From a virus: DNA of 64,000 nucleotides. Position numbers and translations under genes: made by a program. Below are positions 9,480-18,958 of this stretch, one piece after another (position 1 is the stretch's first letter; each line of letters opens with the position of its first letter). The notes below the pieces were generated by a model. The model was given only the letters and a program-made list of their open reading frames with translations. It was not told the DNA's origin and did no database searches. The stretch spans positions 8,449 to 72,448 of the IMG/VR virus record IMGVR_UViG_3300030419_004676. The stretch is one strand, 5' to 3'.

Positions 9480-10309
9480 TTACGGTATGTGGTCATAATC
9501 CTAATATGTTATTTCATATGATTAATCATTATAAAGATATTGTTGATGATGTGTTTGTGAATGTGTATGATAATGGTAAGAATAAAAATCTTGTAGGTGA
9601 AGTAGAAGATGTTTTAAATCATTATGGTTTAAAAATATATAATGTGAGTAAACATCCACCATATGATTGGAATCATGTTACACATTTATATAATGAGACT
9701 AAACGAACAAAACCTAATGATTGGTGGGTTATTTCAGATGATGATGAGTTTCATGAATATCCAAAACCATTAGAAGAAATAATTAATGATTGTGAAAAGA
9801 ATGGATGGGACTTTGTTAGTGGTGGATTTATTGATAGGTTAGGTGTAAATGGAACATTTCCTAAAATCACTAAAGACTCAGATATATGGGAAGAGTTTCC
9901 ATTGGGTGGATTCTTTAGAGAACCAATATCAAATGCATGTCCTAATAAAGTGGTGTTAAGTAAAGGATATATTGATGTAACACCAGGTCAACATTATGTA
10001 GTAATTAATGGTGAAGATACATATGGTGATAGATGGAATCATCCTAAGAAATATCCTATTGATGAATGTTTTGTACAAGTTCATCACTTAAAATGGGACT
10101 TTGATTGTTTTGAACGACTAAGACAAGTAACAATGATAAAACAAGATTATTCTTATTATTTTGAATATAAAAAAATGTATGAATATCTATTAGAAAATAA
10201 TTTTAAAATAAATGTAAAAGATTTTATGATAGAGGATTTAAGTGATAATCACTTTTATTCACAATGGGAAGATATAAAACAAAAGTGTATTGATTATCGT
10301 CATGGATAA
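9452..10309 (+). CDS. GT-A (GT2-like) glycosyltransferase
   Basis: TTG start after AGGAGG; WWVISDDDEF (DxD); K..., GQH and HHLKW motifs. Confidence 0.65.
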   Translation: MVSKSSKNLVTVCGHNPNMLFHMINHYKDIVDDVFVNVYDNGKNKNLVGEVEDVLNHYGLKIYNVSKHPPYDWNHVTHLYNETKRTKPNDWWVISDDDEFHEYPKPLEEIINDCEKNGWDFVSGGFIDRLGVNGTFPKITKDSDIWEEFPLGGFFREPISNACPNKVVLSKGYIDVTPGQHYVVINGEDTYGDRWNHPKKYPIDECFVQVHHLKWDFDCFERLRQVTMIKQDYSYYFEYKKMYEYLLENNFKINVKDFMIEDLSDNHFYSQWEDIKQKCIDYRHG

Positions 10310-11756
10310 ATTATTAATCGTAACAGATTTTGATGAAAATTATAATGAAAATTTTGTCGCACATTTTGATGAATTTATGAAAAATAAAGATATTGATTAT
10401 CGTATCATTATTGTTGATTTAAAATCAAAGAAAAATTTAAAAAATTATGGTAAACTATTTAATGTTGGATTTTTAAATGCAGATAAAGTTTTGAATGATA
10501 TCTACAATATAAATTTTGATTGGAATTATGTTGTGTTTCATCGCACAGACTTTATACCATTAGATGATGAATGTGATTATTCATTTGATGAAAGACCAAA
10601 ATGTGTTGTTGGTTCACTTAATGAATTATCATTTGGTATTCATCCTGATTTTGTGCCAGATGAATATAATTTACCAAATAAATATTTTTTTAATGGTGCA
10701 TTGATGTTTAGTAGAGAACACTTTAATAATATAGGTGGATTTCATAATAATTTTTGGGGAGATGGTTATGAAGATTTACACATTTTATATAAAATGAATC
10801 TCTTAAATTATCCTACAACACGACATGTTGAAGAATCACGAAGTGTTTTTGGTGTAGATATTGATTATAATACTTATGGAAAAGTTATAAGTAATAGTCG
10901 TTCAATGAAAGATTTGATGAATCAAAGTTTTACAATATCATGTTGGGTTAGGTTAAATGCTGATATAACTAAAGAGGGTTATGTAGTTAGTAGAGAAGGC
11001 TATCATAGTGGTATTAAATTTATAAAGAATGAAAAAAATGAATTAAGATTGTCTGCAAATTTATGGACATTTAAAAATGAATATGTTAGAGTAGGAGAAT
11101 GTCCAGCACAAATAGGTGAGTGGTATCATGTTGCACTATCATATAGTAAAGATAAAAAAATGGCAAATCTTTATATAGATGGATTATTATACAATAGTGT
11201 TCAGTTGAAAAGGTCAACTAAAAAATATACATTTGAAACACCATTTTATATTGGTATTGGAACTGAAAAAACTAATACAACTCAAGCAAGATGTGATGTA
11301 TCAATTGGTGATTTAAGTTTTTATGATATATTTTTAAATGAAATTTCAATAAATAAAATTTACAAAAATGGTAATTTCAATAATGAATATGTTATTGAAT
11401 GTCCTACAAGTTATTTTGATTTTACTGCAGGATATAAAAGTATGATTTGGGATGAAAGTGGTAATTCTAATAATTTAGTATTTAACTCATCTTTAAAACC
11501 TAAAAAAAATGAAGTTAAAGAGGGAGATGAGTTATATTTACCTATAAGAGGAAGAGGAAGTTTTGGTTATATAGGTTCAGAATATGATAAACTAAATAAA
11601 GAAAATTATATAGGTTCTAATTCACAGAAGAATTATAAAATATTAAAAAAATTAATCAAAGAAAAACCAAAAAATGATTTAACAGGATGTAGATATCGTG
11701 TATTGAGAACAGAACAATACTTTGATAAACATTCTATTTTAACAATACAAGCCTAA
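10302..11756 (+). CDS. GT7 (beta-1,4-galactosyltransferase-like) with inserted LamG domain; degenerate catalytic motifs
   Basis: GKLFNVGF, FHRTD in place of DVD, GGFHNNFWGDGYED; LamG FTISCWV...WYHVALSY...LYIDG. Confidence 0.7.
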   Translation: MDKLLIVTDFDENYNENFVAHFDEFMKNKDIDYRIIIVDLKSKKNLKNYGKLFNVGFLNADKVLNDIYNINFDWNYVVFHRTDFIPLDDECDYSFDERPKCVVGSLNELSFGIHPDFVPDEYNLPNKYFFNGALMFSREHFNNIGGFHNNFWGDGYEDLHILYKMNLLNYPTTRHVEESRSVFGVDIDYNTYGKVISNSRSMKDLMNQSFTISCWVRLNADITKEGYVVSREGYHSGIKFIKNEKNELRLSANLWTFKNEYVRVGECPAQIGEWYHVALSYSKDKKMANLYIDGLLYNSVQLKRSTKKYTFETPFYIGIGTEKTNTTQARCDVSIGDLSFYDIFLNEISINKIYKNGNFNNEYVIECPTSYFDFTAGYKSMIWDESGNSNNLVFNSSLKPKKNEVKEGDELYLPIRGRGSFGYIGSEYDKLNKENYIGSNSQKNYKILKKLIKEKPKNDLTGCRYRVLRTEQYFDKHSILTIQA

Positions 11757-11766
11757 GGAGAAAACA

Positions 11767-12081
11767 ATGGCAACTAAGAAGAAAACAGAAACAACTGATA
11801 TAAAAGATGCAAGAGATGCACTTGATAGTGGTCTTACACAAAGTGATAATTTTGCTCTGTTATTGAAGGCGTTAACAAGTATAGAAGAAAAGTTGGAGGC
11901 AATTGATTGGAAGTTATGGGAAATGTATCAAATGGGATTAAACTCAGTTAATACACCAGGACAACAAGTTCAACAACCAGTTCAACCAGTTCAACAACCA
12001 GCACAACCACAAGTTCAACAGAACCAATCAAATGAAAATGAGGGTGGAGTTTTAAAGAGTATATTTGGTAGTAAAAAATAA
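11767..12081 (+). CDS. Hypothetical protein with Gln/Pro/Val-rich tract
   Basis: AAGGAG RBS; QQVQQPVQPVQQPAQPQVQQ. Confidence 0.6.
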   Translation: MATKKKTETTDIKDARDALDSGLTQSDNFALLLKALTSIEEKLEAIDWKLWEMYQMGLNSVNTPGQQVQQPVQPVQQPAQPQVQQNQSNENEGGVLKSIFGSKK

Positions 12082-13535
12082 TGGCAAAACTTGGTATAGT
12101 AGTACCATATAGGGATAGAGAGGAACATTTATCAAGATTTATACCATCAATTAAAAAACATCTCAAAGATATTAATATTGATGATTATGAAATATTTGTT
12201 GTTAATCAAGATAATGATTTACCTTTCAATCGTGGATGGTTGTGTAATATAGGATTTACCTTAGCTGAAAATTCTAAGTGTGATTATGTGTGCTTTCATG
12301 ATGTTGATATGTTACCTGAAGATAATTCATGTGATTACTCATGGGTAGATAGACCAACACAATTGTCAACACGATTATCTAATAATAAATATAAATTACC
12401 ATATCCAGAATATTTTGGTGGAGTAACACTTTTTCCTATTCAACATTTTAAAGTGATTAATGGTTATTCCAATGAATATTGGGGTTGGGGATTTGAAGAC
12501 GATGATTTGTTATATAGATGTAGAACTGCAGGACTACCATTAGATGAGGATATTGTATCCACACAACAATTAACAAACCCATGGGTAAAGTCTATGGATT
12601 TTAAACAAGGTGATTATATTGATGTTGATATTTCACCTTTGTGGCAAAAACTACTTACACGAGGTTCTTATTCATTTGAAGTATGGTTACAACCATCAGA
12701 TTTATTAAAGATTGATGATTCAAAATCATATGATGAATTTCATGTGTTTACTCAACCAGGTTACCATACAGGTCTTTGTTGGACAAGTGCACAACAATAT
12801 AAATATGGTGTGTGGAATATGAATCACGATGAGTTTATGGTGGTTAGTCATAAAATGTCAGAACAATGGAATCATATAGTGGTGTGTGTTGATGCACCAA
12901 CTAAAACATTAACGATGTATATTAATGGAGAAGAAGTTCAAAATTCACCAACATCTTATTTTGGTAATTTAAGAGAGATAAAAACTAAAGGTTTTTATTT
13001 AGGGTGTTCAGACCCACATACAAAAAGAGATAATAATTGGTATGAGGGTAAGATTGCACAATTTAGTATGTGGAGAAGAACCGTAGATAGAAGAGCGGTT
13101 AGACAATTATTCAATGATGGTGTTCCATGGGATGTAACAAAACCAAAAAATGAATATTCTTTTGTAGAGGATTTATTTTGTTCATATGATTTTGAAAATA
13201 TACAAAATGAAAAAGTTATAGATAAATCAAAGTATAATCATAATGGTCAGATTATAGGTGCAATACGAAAAAAACAAGAACTTATATTGGGTGAGAAAAA
13301 ATCATTACCAAGAAGAAGAGATGGTAAGTTCATTTGTTTAGAACACGAAGAAAATGGTTGGTCAAAAACAAAATTTAAAGACTGGCGTTCAAGAAATAAT
13401 CAGATAAGATATTTTAATTTCGTTAGAACGGGTATAGATGATTATAAAGAAGATGGATTATCTACATTAAAATATACAATAAAAAAACAAGAAAGTCAAG
13501 AAAAAATAAACTTTGTGAGTATAAGTAATGAGTAA
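12081..13535 (+). CDS. GT7 galactosyltransferase-like enzyme with inserted LamG domain
   Basis: VPYRDREEHL, FNRGWLCNIGF, FHDVD, YFGGV, NGYSNEYWGWGFEDDD, C-terminal DGLSTLKY; LamG WNHIVV...MYING. Confidence 0.85.
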   Translation: MAKLGIVVPYRDREEHLSRFIPSIKKHLKDINIDDYEIFVVNQDNDLPFNRGWLCNIGFTLAENSKCDYVCFHDVDMLPEDNSCDYSWVDRPTQLSTRLSNNKYKLPYPEYFGGVTLFPIQHFKVINGYSNEYWGWGFEDDDLLYRCRTAGLPLDEDIVSTQQLTNPWVKSMDFKQGDYIDVDISPLWQKLLTRGSYSFEVWLQPSDLLKIDDSKSYDEFHVFTQPGYHTGLCWTSAQQYKYGVWNMNHDEFMVVSHKMSEQWNHIVVCVDAPTKTLTMYINGEEVQNSPTSYFGNLREIKTKGFYLGCSDPHTKRDNNWYEGKIAQFSMWRRTVDRRAVRQLFNDGVPWDVTKPKNEYSFVEDLFCSYDFENIQNEKVIDKSKYNHNGQIIGAIRKKQELILGEKKSLPRRRDGKFICLEHEENGWSKTKFKDWRSRNNQIRYFNFVRTGIDDYKEDGLSTLKYTIKKQESQEKINFVSISNE

Positions 13536-15024
13536 AAAATTAGCAATATGTGTTCCACATTATAGAAGAAAAGAACATTTGGATGAGTTTATTCCACATA
13601 TGGAAGATTTTATGAAAAAATATCATTCAGATATAGAATTTAAAATTTTTGTAGCAAATCAAATAGAACCTGATACCGTATTACGATTCAATCGTGGAAC
13701 TGCAAAAAATATTGCATTTACAGAGGCAGTAAAACAAGGTTATGATTATTTTTGTTTTCACGATATAGACATGTTACCAGAAGATGAAACTTGTGATTAT
13801 AGTTATCCTGAAGATAAACCACAACATATGGCAGTTCATATAAGTCAGTTTGATTATATGTTACCATCTATTCAATATTTTGGTGGTGCAATTCTTTTTA
13901 CTAAAGAACAATTTGAAAATATCAATGGATATTCTAATGATTATTGGAATTGGGGTATGGAAGATGATGATTTATTGTGGAGATGTCAACAAGAAGATTA
14001 TGTAATAAATGACAAATTAGAAAAAAGTGATACAACTATTAATTCAATTGAATTTGATGGTATCAGTTCTTATGTTGAAATCCCACCATCCGAAACTTTA
14101 AGAGATTTAACTACAGGTGATTTTACTTGGAGTATTTTGGTAAATGCATATGATAATTTTGATATCCCTATGTATTTAATTGGTGATTTACAGAATAGAA
14201 AATATTTACACAATTATATTTTAGGAAGACCTGGTTATCAAATGGGTTTTGCATATGATAATTCAAGAGCCTTTTCCTTTTCAATGTATGATTTTAAAAA
14301 TAATCATAACTATATGTGGTTAAAAAGAAATCCTGACATATGGAGTCATCTAATGGTAACACATGACTCTACAAATAATTCATTGAGGTTTTATCTTAAT
14401 GGTCAAGAAAGTGATGCAAGATTTGGACATGGTGTTGAATCACCATTGATAATGAAAGGTAATGCAAAAAGATATGGTGGTGTTCCATATTATTTAGGTG
14501 TAAAGAATCCAAATGAAGATAATTACTTTTATGGTAAAGTTGCACAAGTTGGTATGTGGAATCGTGTCCTTAGTGATGAAGAGATAGAAAGTTTTTATAG
14601 TAAAGATATTAGTAATTGTAATGATTTTGATGGATGTGTTTTAAATTATGATTTTTCAAATGTAGATGAAAACTATGTATATGATATTAGTGGTAATAAT
14701 AATCATGGACACAATCACGAGTGTGAAATTACAAATGAAGAATTAGACGATGTTTCACATACAATAGTTCCTTATCGTAGAAATGGTAGATTTAAATCAT
14801 TGAAACATCCAATTAATGGTATTGTTAATAATAGATTTGTATTTCAAGAAGATACAAGTAGAAATGAAAAAAGATTTTTTACTGAAGTTCAATATGGACT
14901 TTGGGATACGAAAAAAGATGGATTAACCGATTTAAAATATGAAGTTGATTCAGTTGATAAATTAGGGCGTCATGATTTTATTAATTTCAAATGTAAACAT
15001 GATAATATACCAGAATGGCAGTAA
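13528..15024 (+). CDS. GT7 galactosyltransferase-like enzyme with inserted LamG domain
   Basis: FNRG, FHDID, YFGGA, NGYSNDYWNWGMEDDD, DGLTDLKY; LamG WSHLMVTHD...FYLNG. Confidence 0.85.
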   Translation: MSKKLAICVPHYRRKEHLDEFIPHMEDFMKKYHSDIEFKIFVANQIEPDTVLRFNRGTAKNIAFTEAVKQGYDYFCFHDIDMLPEDETCDYSYPEDKPQHMAVHISQFDYMLPSIQYFGGAILFTKEQFENINGYSNDYWNWGMEDDDLLWRCQQEDYVINDKLEKSDTTINSIEFDGISSYVEIPPSETLRDLTTGDFTWSILVNAYDNFDIPMYLIGDLQNRKYLHNYILGRPGYQMGFAYDNSRAFSFSMYDFKNNHNYMWLKRNPDIWSHLMVTHDSTNNSLRFYLNGQESDARFGHGVESPLIMKGNAKRYGGVPYYLGVKNPNEDNYFYGKVAQVGMWNRVLSDEEIESFYSKDISNCNDFDGCVLNYDFSNVDENYVYDISGNNNHGHNHECEITNEELDDVSHTIVPYRRNGRFKSLKHPINGIVNNRFVFQEDTSRNEKRFFTEVQYGLWDTKKDGLTDLKYEVDSVDKLGRHDFINFKCKHDNIPEWQ

Positions 15025-16469
15025 CACAAGCACAGAAAGATATTGACCAACTAACAAAAACCAAGGGAAAGTTAAGTTCAGTTGGTTGTGGTATGTGTGT
15101 TGCAAAATGGATGCAAGTTACTATTCATCTACAAAATGGACATACACATTCTTGTCATCATCCAAGAACACATAAGATTCCATTAGAAGAGATAAAAGAA
15201 AATCCATCTGCATTACATAATACTTGGTATAAAAAACACGCTCGTAAACAAATGTTAACTGATGAGAGACCTGATGAATGTGATTATTGTTGGAATGTTG
15301 AGGATAATAGTGATATATTTAGTGATAGAATTTTAAAGAGTAATGAACCTTGGGCAAAACCATTTTTTTCTGAAATTAAAAAAACTATAAATGGTCAAGA
15401 TTATTTAATTGATTGGAGACAAAATGTAAATCCAAAATATGTAGAAGTGGTATTTTCAAATGCATGTAATTTTAAATGTAGTTATTGTGCACCACATATA
15501 TCTACACAATGGATGGAAGAAATCAAAAGACATGGTGGTTATCCAACTACTACAAAATTTAATTCATTGGGTGGACTAAAATCATTAGATTTATTACCCA
15601 TACCACAAAGAGAACCAAATCCATATGTAGAAGCATTTTGGAAATGGTGGCCAGAATTATATCAAGGATTACATACATTTAGAATTACAGGTGGAGAACC
15701 ATTATTATCAAGAGATACATTTAAGGTATTGGATTATATTATAGAAACAGATAAACCAAATAAAAACCTTGTGTTATCAGTTAATACTAATATGGGTGCA
15801 CCAGACGAGTTGATGGATAAGTTTATTAAAAAAGTAAAGATTATTACAGAAAAAGGATTGGTTAAAGATTTTCAAATATTTACAAGTATTGATGGTTGGG
15901 GAAGAAAGGCAGAATATATTAGACATGGTTTAGATTATAGAAAGTTTTGGGATAATTGTGAAAGGGCATTAACTGAATTAAAAAAACCATCATTAACATT
16001 TATGGTTACTTATAATGCATTATCTGTATTTAATTTTGATATATTTATAGAACAACTCTATTTATTAAAAGAGAAATATAATTCGGAAAAAAGATATACA
16101 CCAAATGCAGTTGTTGCAGATATTTCTTATTTACGACATCCATCGCATCAAAGTGTTAGAATTTTACCGAAAAGGTTTCAAGAATTGATAAAAAAACAAG
16201 TTTTATTAATGAGAAAAATTCATGATAAAGGATTTGAATCTAAACCTGATGATGTATTTTCACATATGGAAATGGAAAAGTTACAAAGAATTTATGATTG
16301 GTGTCAAGGAAAAATAGATAGTAAAAAATTAAAAAGAGATAGATATGATTTTTATAAATTTTTCTACAATCATGATAAGAGAAGAAATACAAATATTTTA
16401 GGAGTATTTCCTGAACTGAAAGAGTTTTGGGAAGAGTGTTCAAAAATCAAAAAAGGTGATGTTATATGA
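15015..16469 (+). CDS. Radical SAM protein with twitch/SPASM-like motif (paralogue of 7179-9479)
   Basis: CNFKCSYC, ITGGEP, CVAKW...SCHH...ECDYCW; shares AFWKWWP with the paralogue. Confidence 0.85.
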   Translation: MAVTQAQKDIDQLTKTKGKLSSVGCGMCVAKWMQVTIHLQNGHTHSCHHPRTHKIPLEEIKENPSALHNTWYKKHARKQMLTDERPDECDYCWNVEDNSDIFSDRILKSNEPWAKPFFSEIKKTINGQDYLIDWRQNVNPKYVEVVFSNACNFKCSYCAPHISTQWMEEIKRHGGYPTTTKFNSLGGLKSLDLLPIPQREPNPYVEAFWKWWPELYQGLHTFRITGGEPLLSRDTFKVLDYIIETDKPNKNLVLSVNTNMGAPDELMDKFIKKVKIITEKGLVKDFQIFTSIDGWGRKAEYIRHGLDYRKFWDNCERALTELKKPSLTFMVTYNALSVFNFDIFIEQLYLLKEKYNSEKRYTPNAVVADISYLRHPSHQSVRILPKRFQELIKKQVLLMRKIHDKGFESKPDDVFSHMEMEKLQRIYDWCQGKIDSKKLKRDRYDFYKFFYNHDKRRNTNILGVFPELKEFWEECSKIKKGDVI

Positions 16470-16570
16470 TAAAAATAATAAAAAAATATTACAATAAAAT
16501 TAAACGATGGTATCTTTTTAAGAAGAGACTTCGTGAAATAAAAAAAAGAGACCCGTTTATTTATAAATGA
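16466..16570 (+). CDS. 34-aa basic peptide missing from the ORF track
   Basis: MIKIIKKYYNKIKRWYLFKKRLREIKKRDPFIYK; ATGA overlaps at both ends. Confidence 0.7.
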   Translation: MIKIIKKYYNKIKRWYLFKKRLREIKKRDPFIYK

Positions 16571-18021
16571 AAATATTAGGAATTAACGCACTAAATCATG
16601 ATGCATGTATCACTTTACTTGATGGTAAAGAAATATTATTTGCTGGTCATGCAGAAAGATATAGTGGTATAAAAAATGACGAATTGTTAAATCAACAATT
16701 AATCTCAGATGCAAAAAGATATGGTAAGTGGGATAAAGTTGTTTGGTTTGAAAAACCTTGGTTAAAGAAATCAAGACAATTATATGCAGGACAATATAAT
16801 GAAACATTTCAGTTTCAAAATATTCCATCACAATATGTTAAACAATTTGGTATAGATAAAATTGACCATTATGTAGGTCACCACGAATCACATGCAGCCG
16901 CCAGTTATTATTCAAGTCCATATGATGAGGCTTGTATTGTTTGTATTGATGCGATTGGTGAGTGGGATACAATGAGTATTTGGTATGCTTGGGGAAGTCA
17001 CTTGGAAAAGAGATGGTCTATGTCTTATCCAAACTCACTTGGTCTTTGGTATAGTGCCATGACACAACGACTTGGACTAAAACCACAAGAGGATGAATAT
17101 ATCTTAATGGGTATGGCAGCTTGGGGAAACGAAAACAAAGAACTACAAAGAGAATTACGAGAATTATTAAAAGTAAATTTACATCGTGGTTGTTTAAGTT
17201 GGGATAGTAAAGTATATCCCGATGATGATAGTGAACAATGGAAGTTTGATGTTGCACACAATGTTCAAATAATATGTGAAGAGGAAATATTAAAGATATT
17301 TGAAAAGGCAAAAGAGTTAGTCCCTGAAACAGATAACTATTGTTATGGTGGTGGTGTTGCATTAAATTGTGTTGCAAATAGTTTGATAGTAGAAAAGTAT
17401 CCTAACTTATGGATACTACCAAATCCTGGTGATGGTGGTAGTTCATTAGGGTGTGCATCTTCAATTTTGGGTGAACATATAAATTTTAATAATTGTTTTT
17501 TAGGATATGATATTAAGGGTGAGTATCCTATTACTCAAGTGAGTAACGAACTACTCAAGGGTAATATAGTTGGTGTTGCAAATGGTAGAGCAGAGTTTGG
17601 GCCAAGAGCATTGGGTAATCGTAGTTTATTGGGAGACCCACGAGGGAAAAATATAAAAGACCAAATGAACGAGATTAAAAACAGACAGAAGTTCAGACCA
17701 TTCGCACCAAGTGTATTAGAGGAACATGCACACGAGATATTTGAAATGCCTACAAAGAAATCTCAGTTTATGCAGTATGTTGCAAAGTGTAAGTATCCTG
17801 ATAAGTATCCTGCAATATGTCATGTGGATGGGACATCAAGAGTTCAAACCGTAAGTAAAGATGATAACATTGGTTACTATAATTTAATAAAAGAGTTTTA
17901 CAAAAAAACAGGTTGTCCTATGGTGTTGAATACATCATTGAATATCAAAGGTCAACCTATTGTTAATTCACATTTAGGTTCAGTTGCCTTTGAAAAAAAA
18001 TATAAAGTAAAGGTTTTTTAA
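16567..18021 (+). CDS. Carbamoyltransferase (NodU/CmcH/TobZ family)
   Basis: HDAC, ERYS, HHESHAA, DAIGE, GGVALNC, EFGPRALGNRS, FRPFAP, HVDGTSRVQTV, LNTSLN. Confidence 0.95.
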   Translation: MKILGINALNHDACITLLDGKEILFAGHAERYSGIKNDELLNQQLISDAKRYGKWDKVVWFEKPWLKKSRQLYAGQYNETFQFQNIPSQYVKQFGIDKIDHYVGHHESHAAASYYSSPYDEACIVCIDAIGEWDTMSIWYAWGSHLEKRWSMSYPNSLGLWYSAMTQRLGLKPQEDEYILMGMAAWGNENKELQRELRELLKVNLHRGCLSWDSKVYPDDDSEQWKFDVAHNVQIICEEEILKIFEKAKELVPETDNYCYGGGVALNCVANSLIVEKYPNLWILPNPGDGGSSLGCASSILGEHINFNNCFLGYDIKGEYPITQVSNELLKGNIVGVANGRAEFGPRALGNRSLLGDPRGKNIKDQMNEIKNRQKFRPFAPSVLEEHAHEIFEMPTKKSQFMQYVAKCKYPDKYPAICHVDGTSRVQTVSKDDNIGYYNLIKEFYKKTGCPMVLNTSLNIKGQPIVNSHLGSVAFEKKYKVKVF

Positions 18022-18815
18022 TGATATATTTTACAATTAAAATTGATGTCGCTCCTGATAAACATGATAATCATCAAGAAGTAGGTTCTCATATAAATTC
18101 CATAATAATGGTTTCTAATAAGGCGGGGTCTACTTTTGTTAGTGAGTGTGTAAAATGGTGTTATCATGACCAACACTTTATGTTAGATTCTCGGTCAGCG
18201 GTGAATGCATGGTTGTTCAGTTCAATGAAAAGGGAAGTTTATGATAATGCTACTAAATTATTTGTAAAAAGAAATCCATATGAAAGGTTTTTATCGGTTT
18301 GGACATTTGGACACAAAAATGACCCATCTTCTGGTACTAACTATAATGACCCTGGTAAGAGAATGTGGGAAACTCACAAAGAATATAACAAATATAAACC
18401 AAGTGAATTGAAACCCAACATGAATCTATTATCTATGACAAAAAAGGATTGGCAAAAAAGTTTTGAAGAGTTTTGTGTCTCATGGGATAAGGGTGAAATT
18501 TATGATGCACATGCACATTTAATGTCAAAAGATTTACATTTATTTCCAGAAGACACTTTTGAATTTGTAGAAATTTCTGAATTATATAATTCAAAAATAT
18601 ATAACAAATTATTTATGGAAGATGCACATAGGCCAGTAGACGAGTATATTAGTCACCCAGGTGATGATGGTATTACTGATATCACTCGTAATATAAATCC
18701 ATCAAACAGATATTTATCAAATTGGAAAGATTATTATAATGATAATACAAAAGAATTAGTATATAAATTTATGAAACAAGACTTTGAAAACTTAAATTAT
18801 AGTGAAGATTTTTAA
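18021..18815 (+). CDS. Sulfotransferase family 2-like protein
   Basis: NKAGST (5'-PSB-like), RNPYERFLS (3'-PB), C-terminal YY...VY...DFENLNY. Confidence 0.7.
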   Translation: MIYFTIKIDVAPDKHDNHQEVGSHINSIIMVSNKAGSTFVSECVKWCYHDQHFMLDSRSAVNAWLFSSMKREVYDNATKLFVKRNPYERFLSVWTFGHKNDPSSGTNYNDPGKRMWETHKEYNKYKPSELKPNMNLLSMTKKDWQKSFEEFCVSWDKGEIYDAHAHLMSKDLHLFPEDTFEFVEISELYNSKIYNKLFMEDAHRPVDEYISHPGDDGITDITRNINPSNRYLSNWKDYYNDNTKELVYKFMKQDFENLNYSEDF

Positions 18816-18824
18816 ACCTTTTTT

Positions 18825-18833
18825 ATATTTATA
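18825..18833 (+). promoter_or_regulatory. ATATTTATW motif, putative promoter of the structured leader
   Basis: ATATTTATA ends 4 nt before the first stem of the leader. Confidence 0.55.
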
Positions 18834-18837
18834 TATA

Positions 18838-18958
18838 AGTCAGGTAGTGCTAACACTCTTCGGAGAAAGTCCTAACCCACTACTTTAGACTATAAAACAA
18901 GGGTGGCATTTAAATAGTTTTACTATTATAGATGCCTCTAATTATTGGAGGCTTTTTT
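18838..18958 (+). ncRNA. Structured 5' leader (candidate riboswitch/attenuator)
   Basis: AGTC/GACT and AGGTAGTG/CACTACTT stems enclose a CTC-TTCG-GAG tetraloop hairpin, followed by mutually overlapping hairpins 18905-18936 and 18934-18952. Confidence 0.6.
18934..18958 (+). terminator. Intrinsic terminator-like hairpin that also sequesters the RBS
   Basis: GCCTCTAA-TTA-TTGGAGGC followed by T6; 3' arm contains GGAGG 7 nt before ATG 18959. Confidence 0.65.

Noticed and set aside
18838-18900. tRNA gene or TPP riboswitch
   Set aside because: No cloverleaf or TTCGA T-loop context, and no CTGAGA TPP-aptamer signature.
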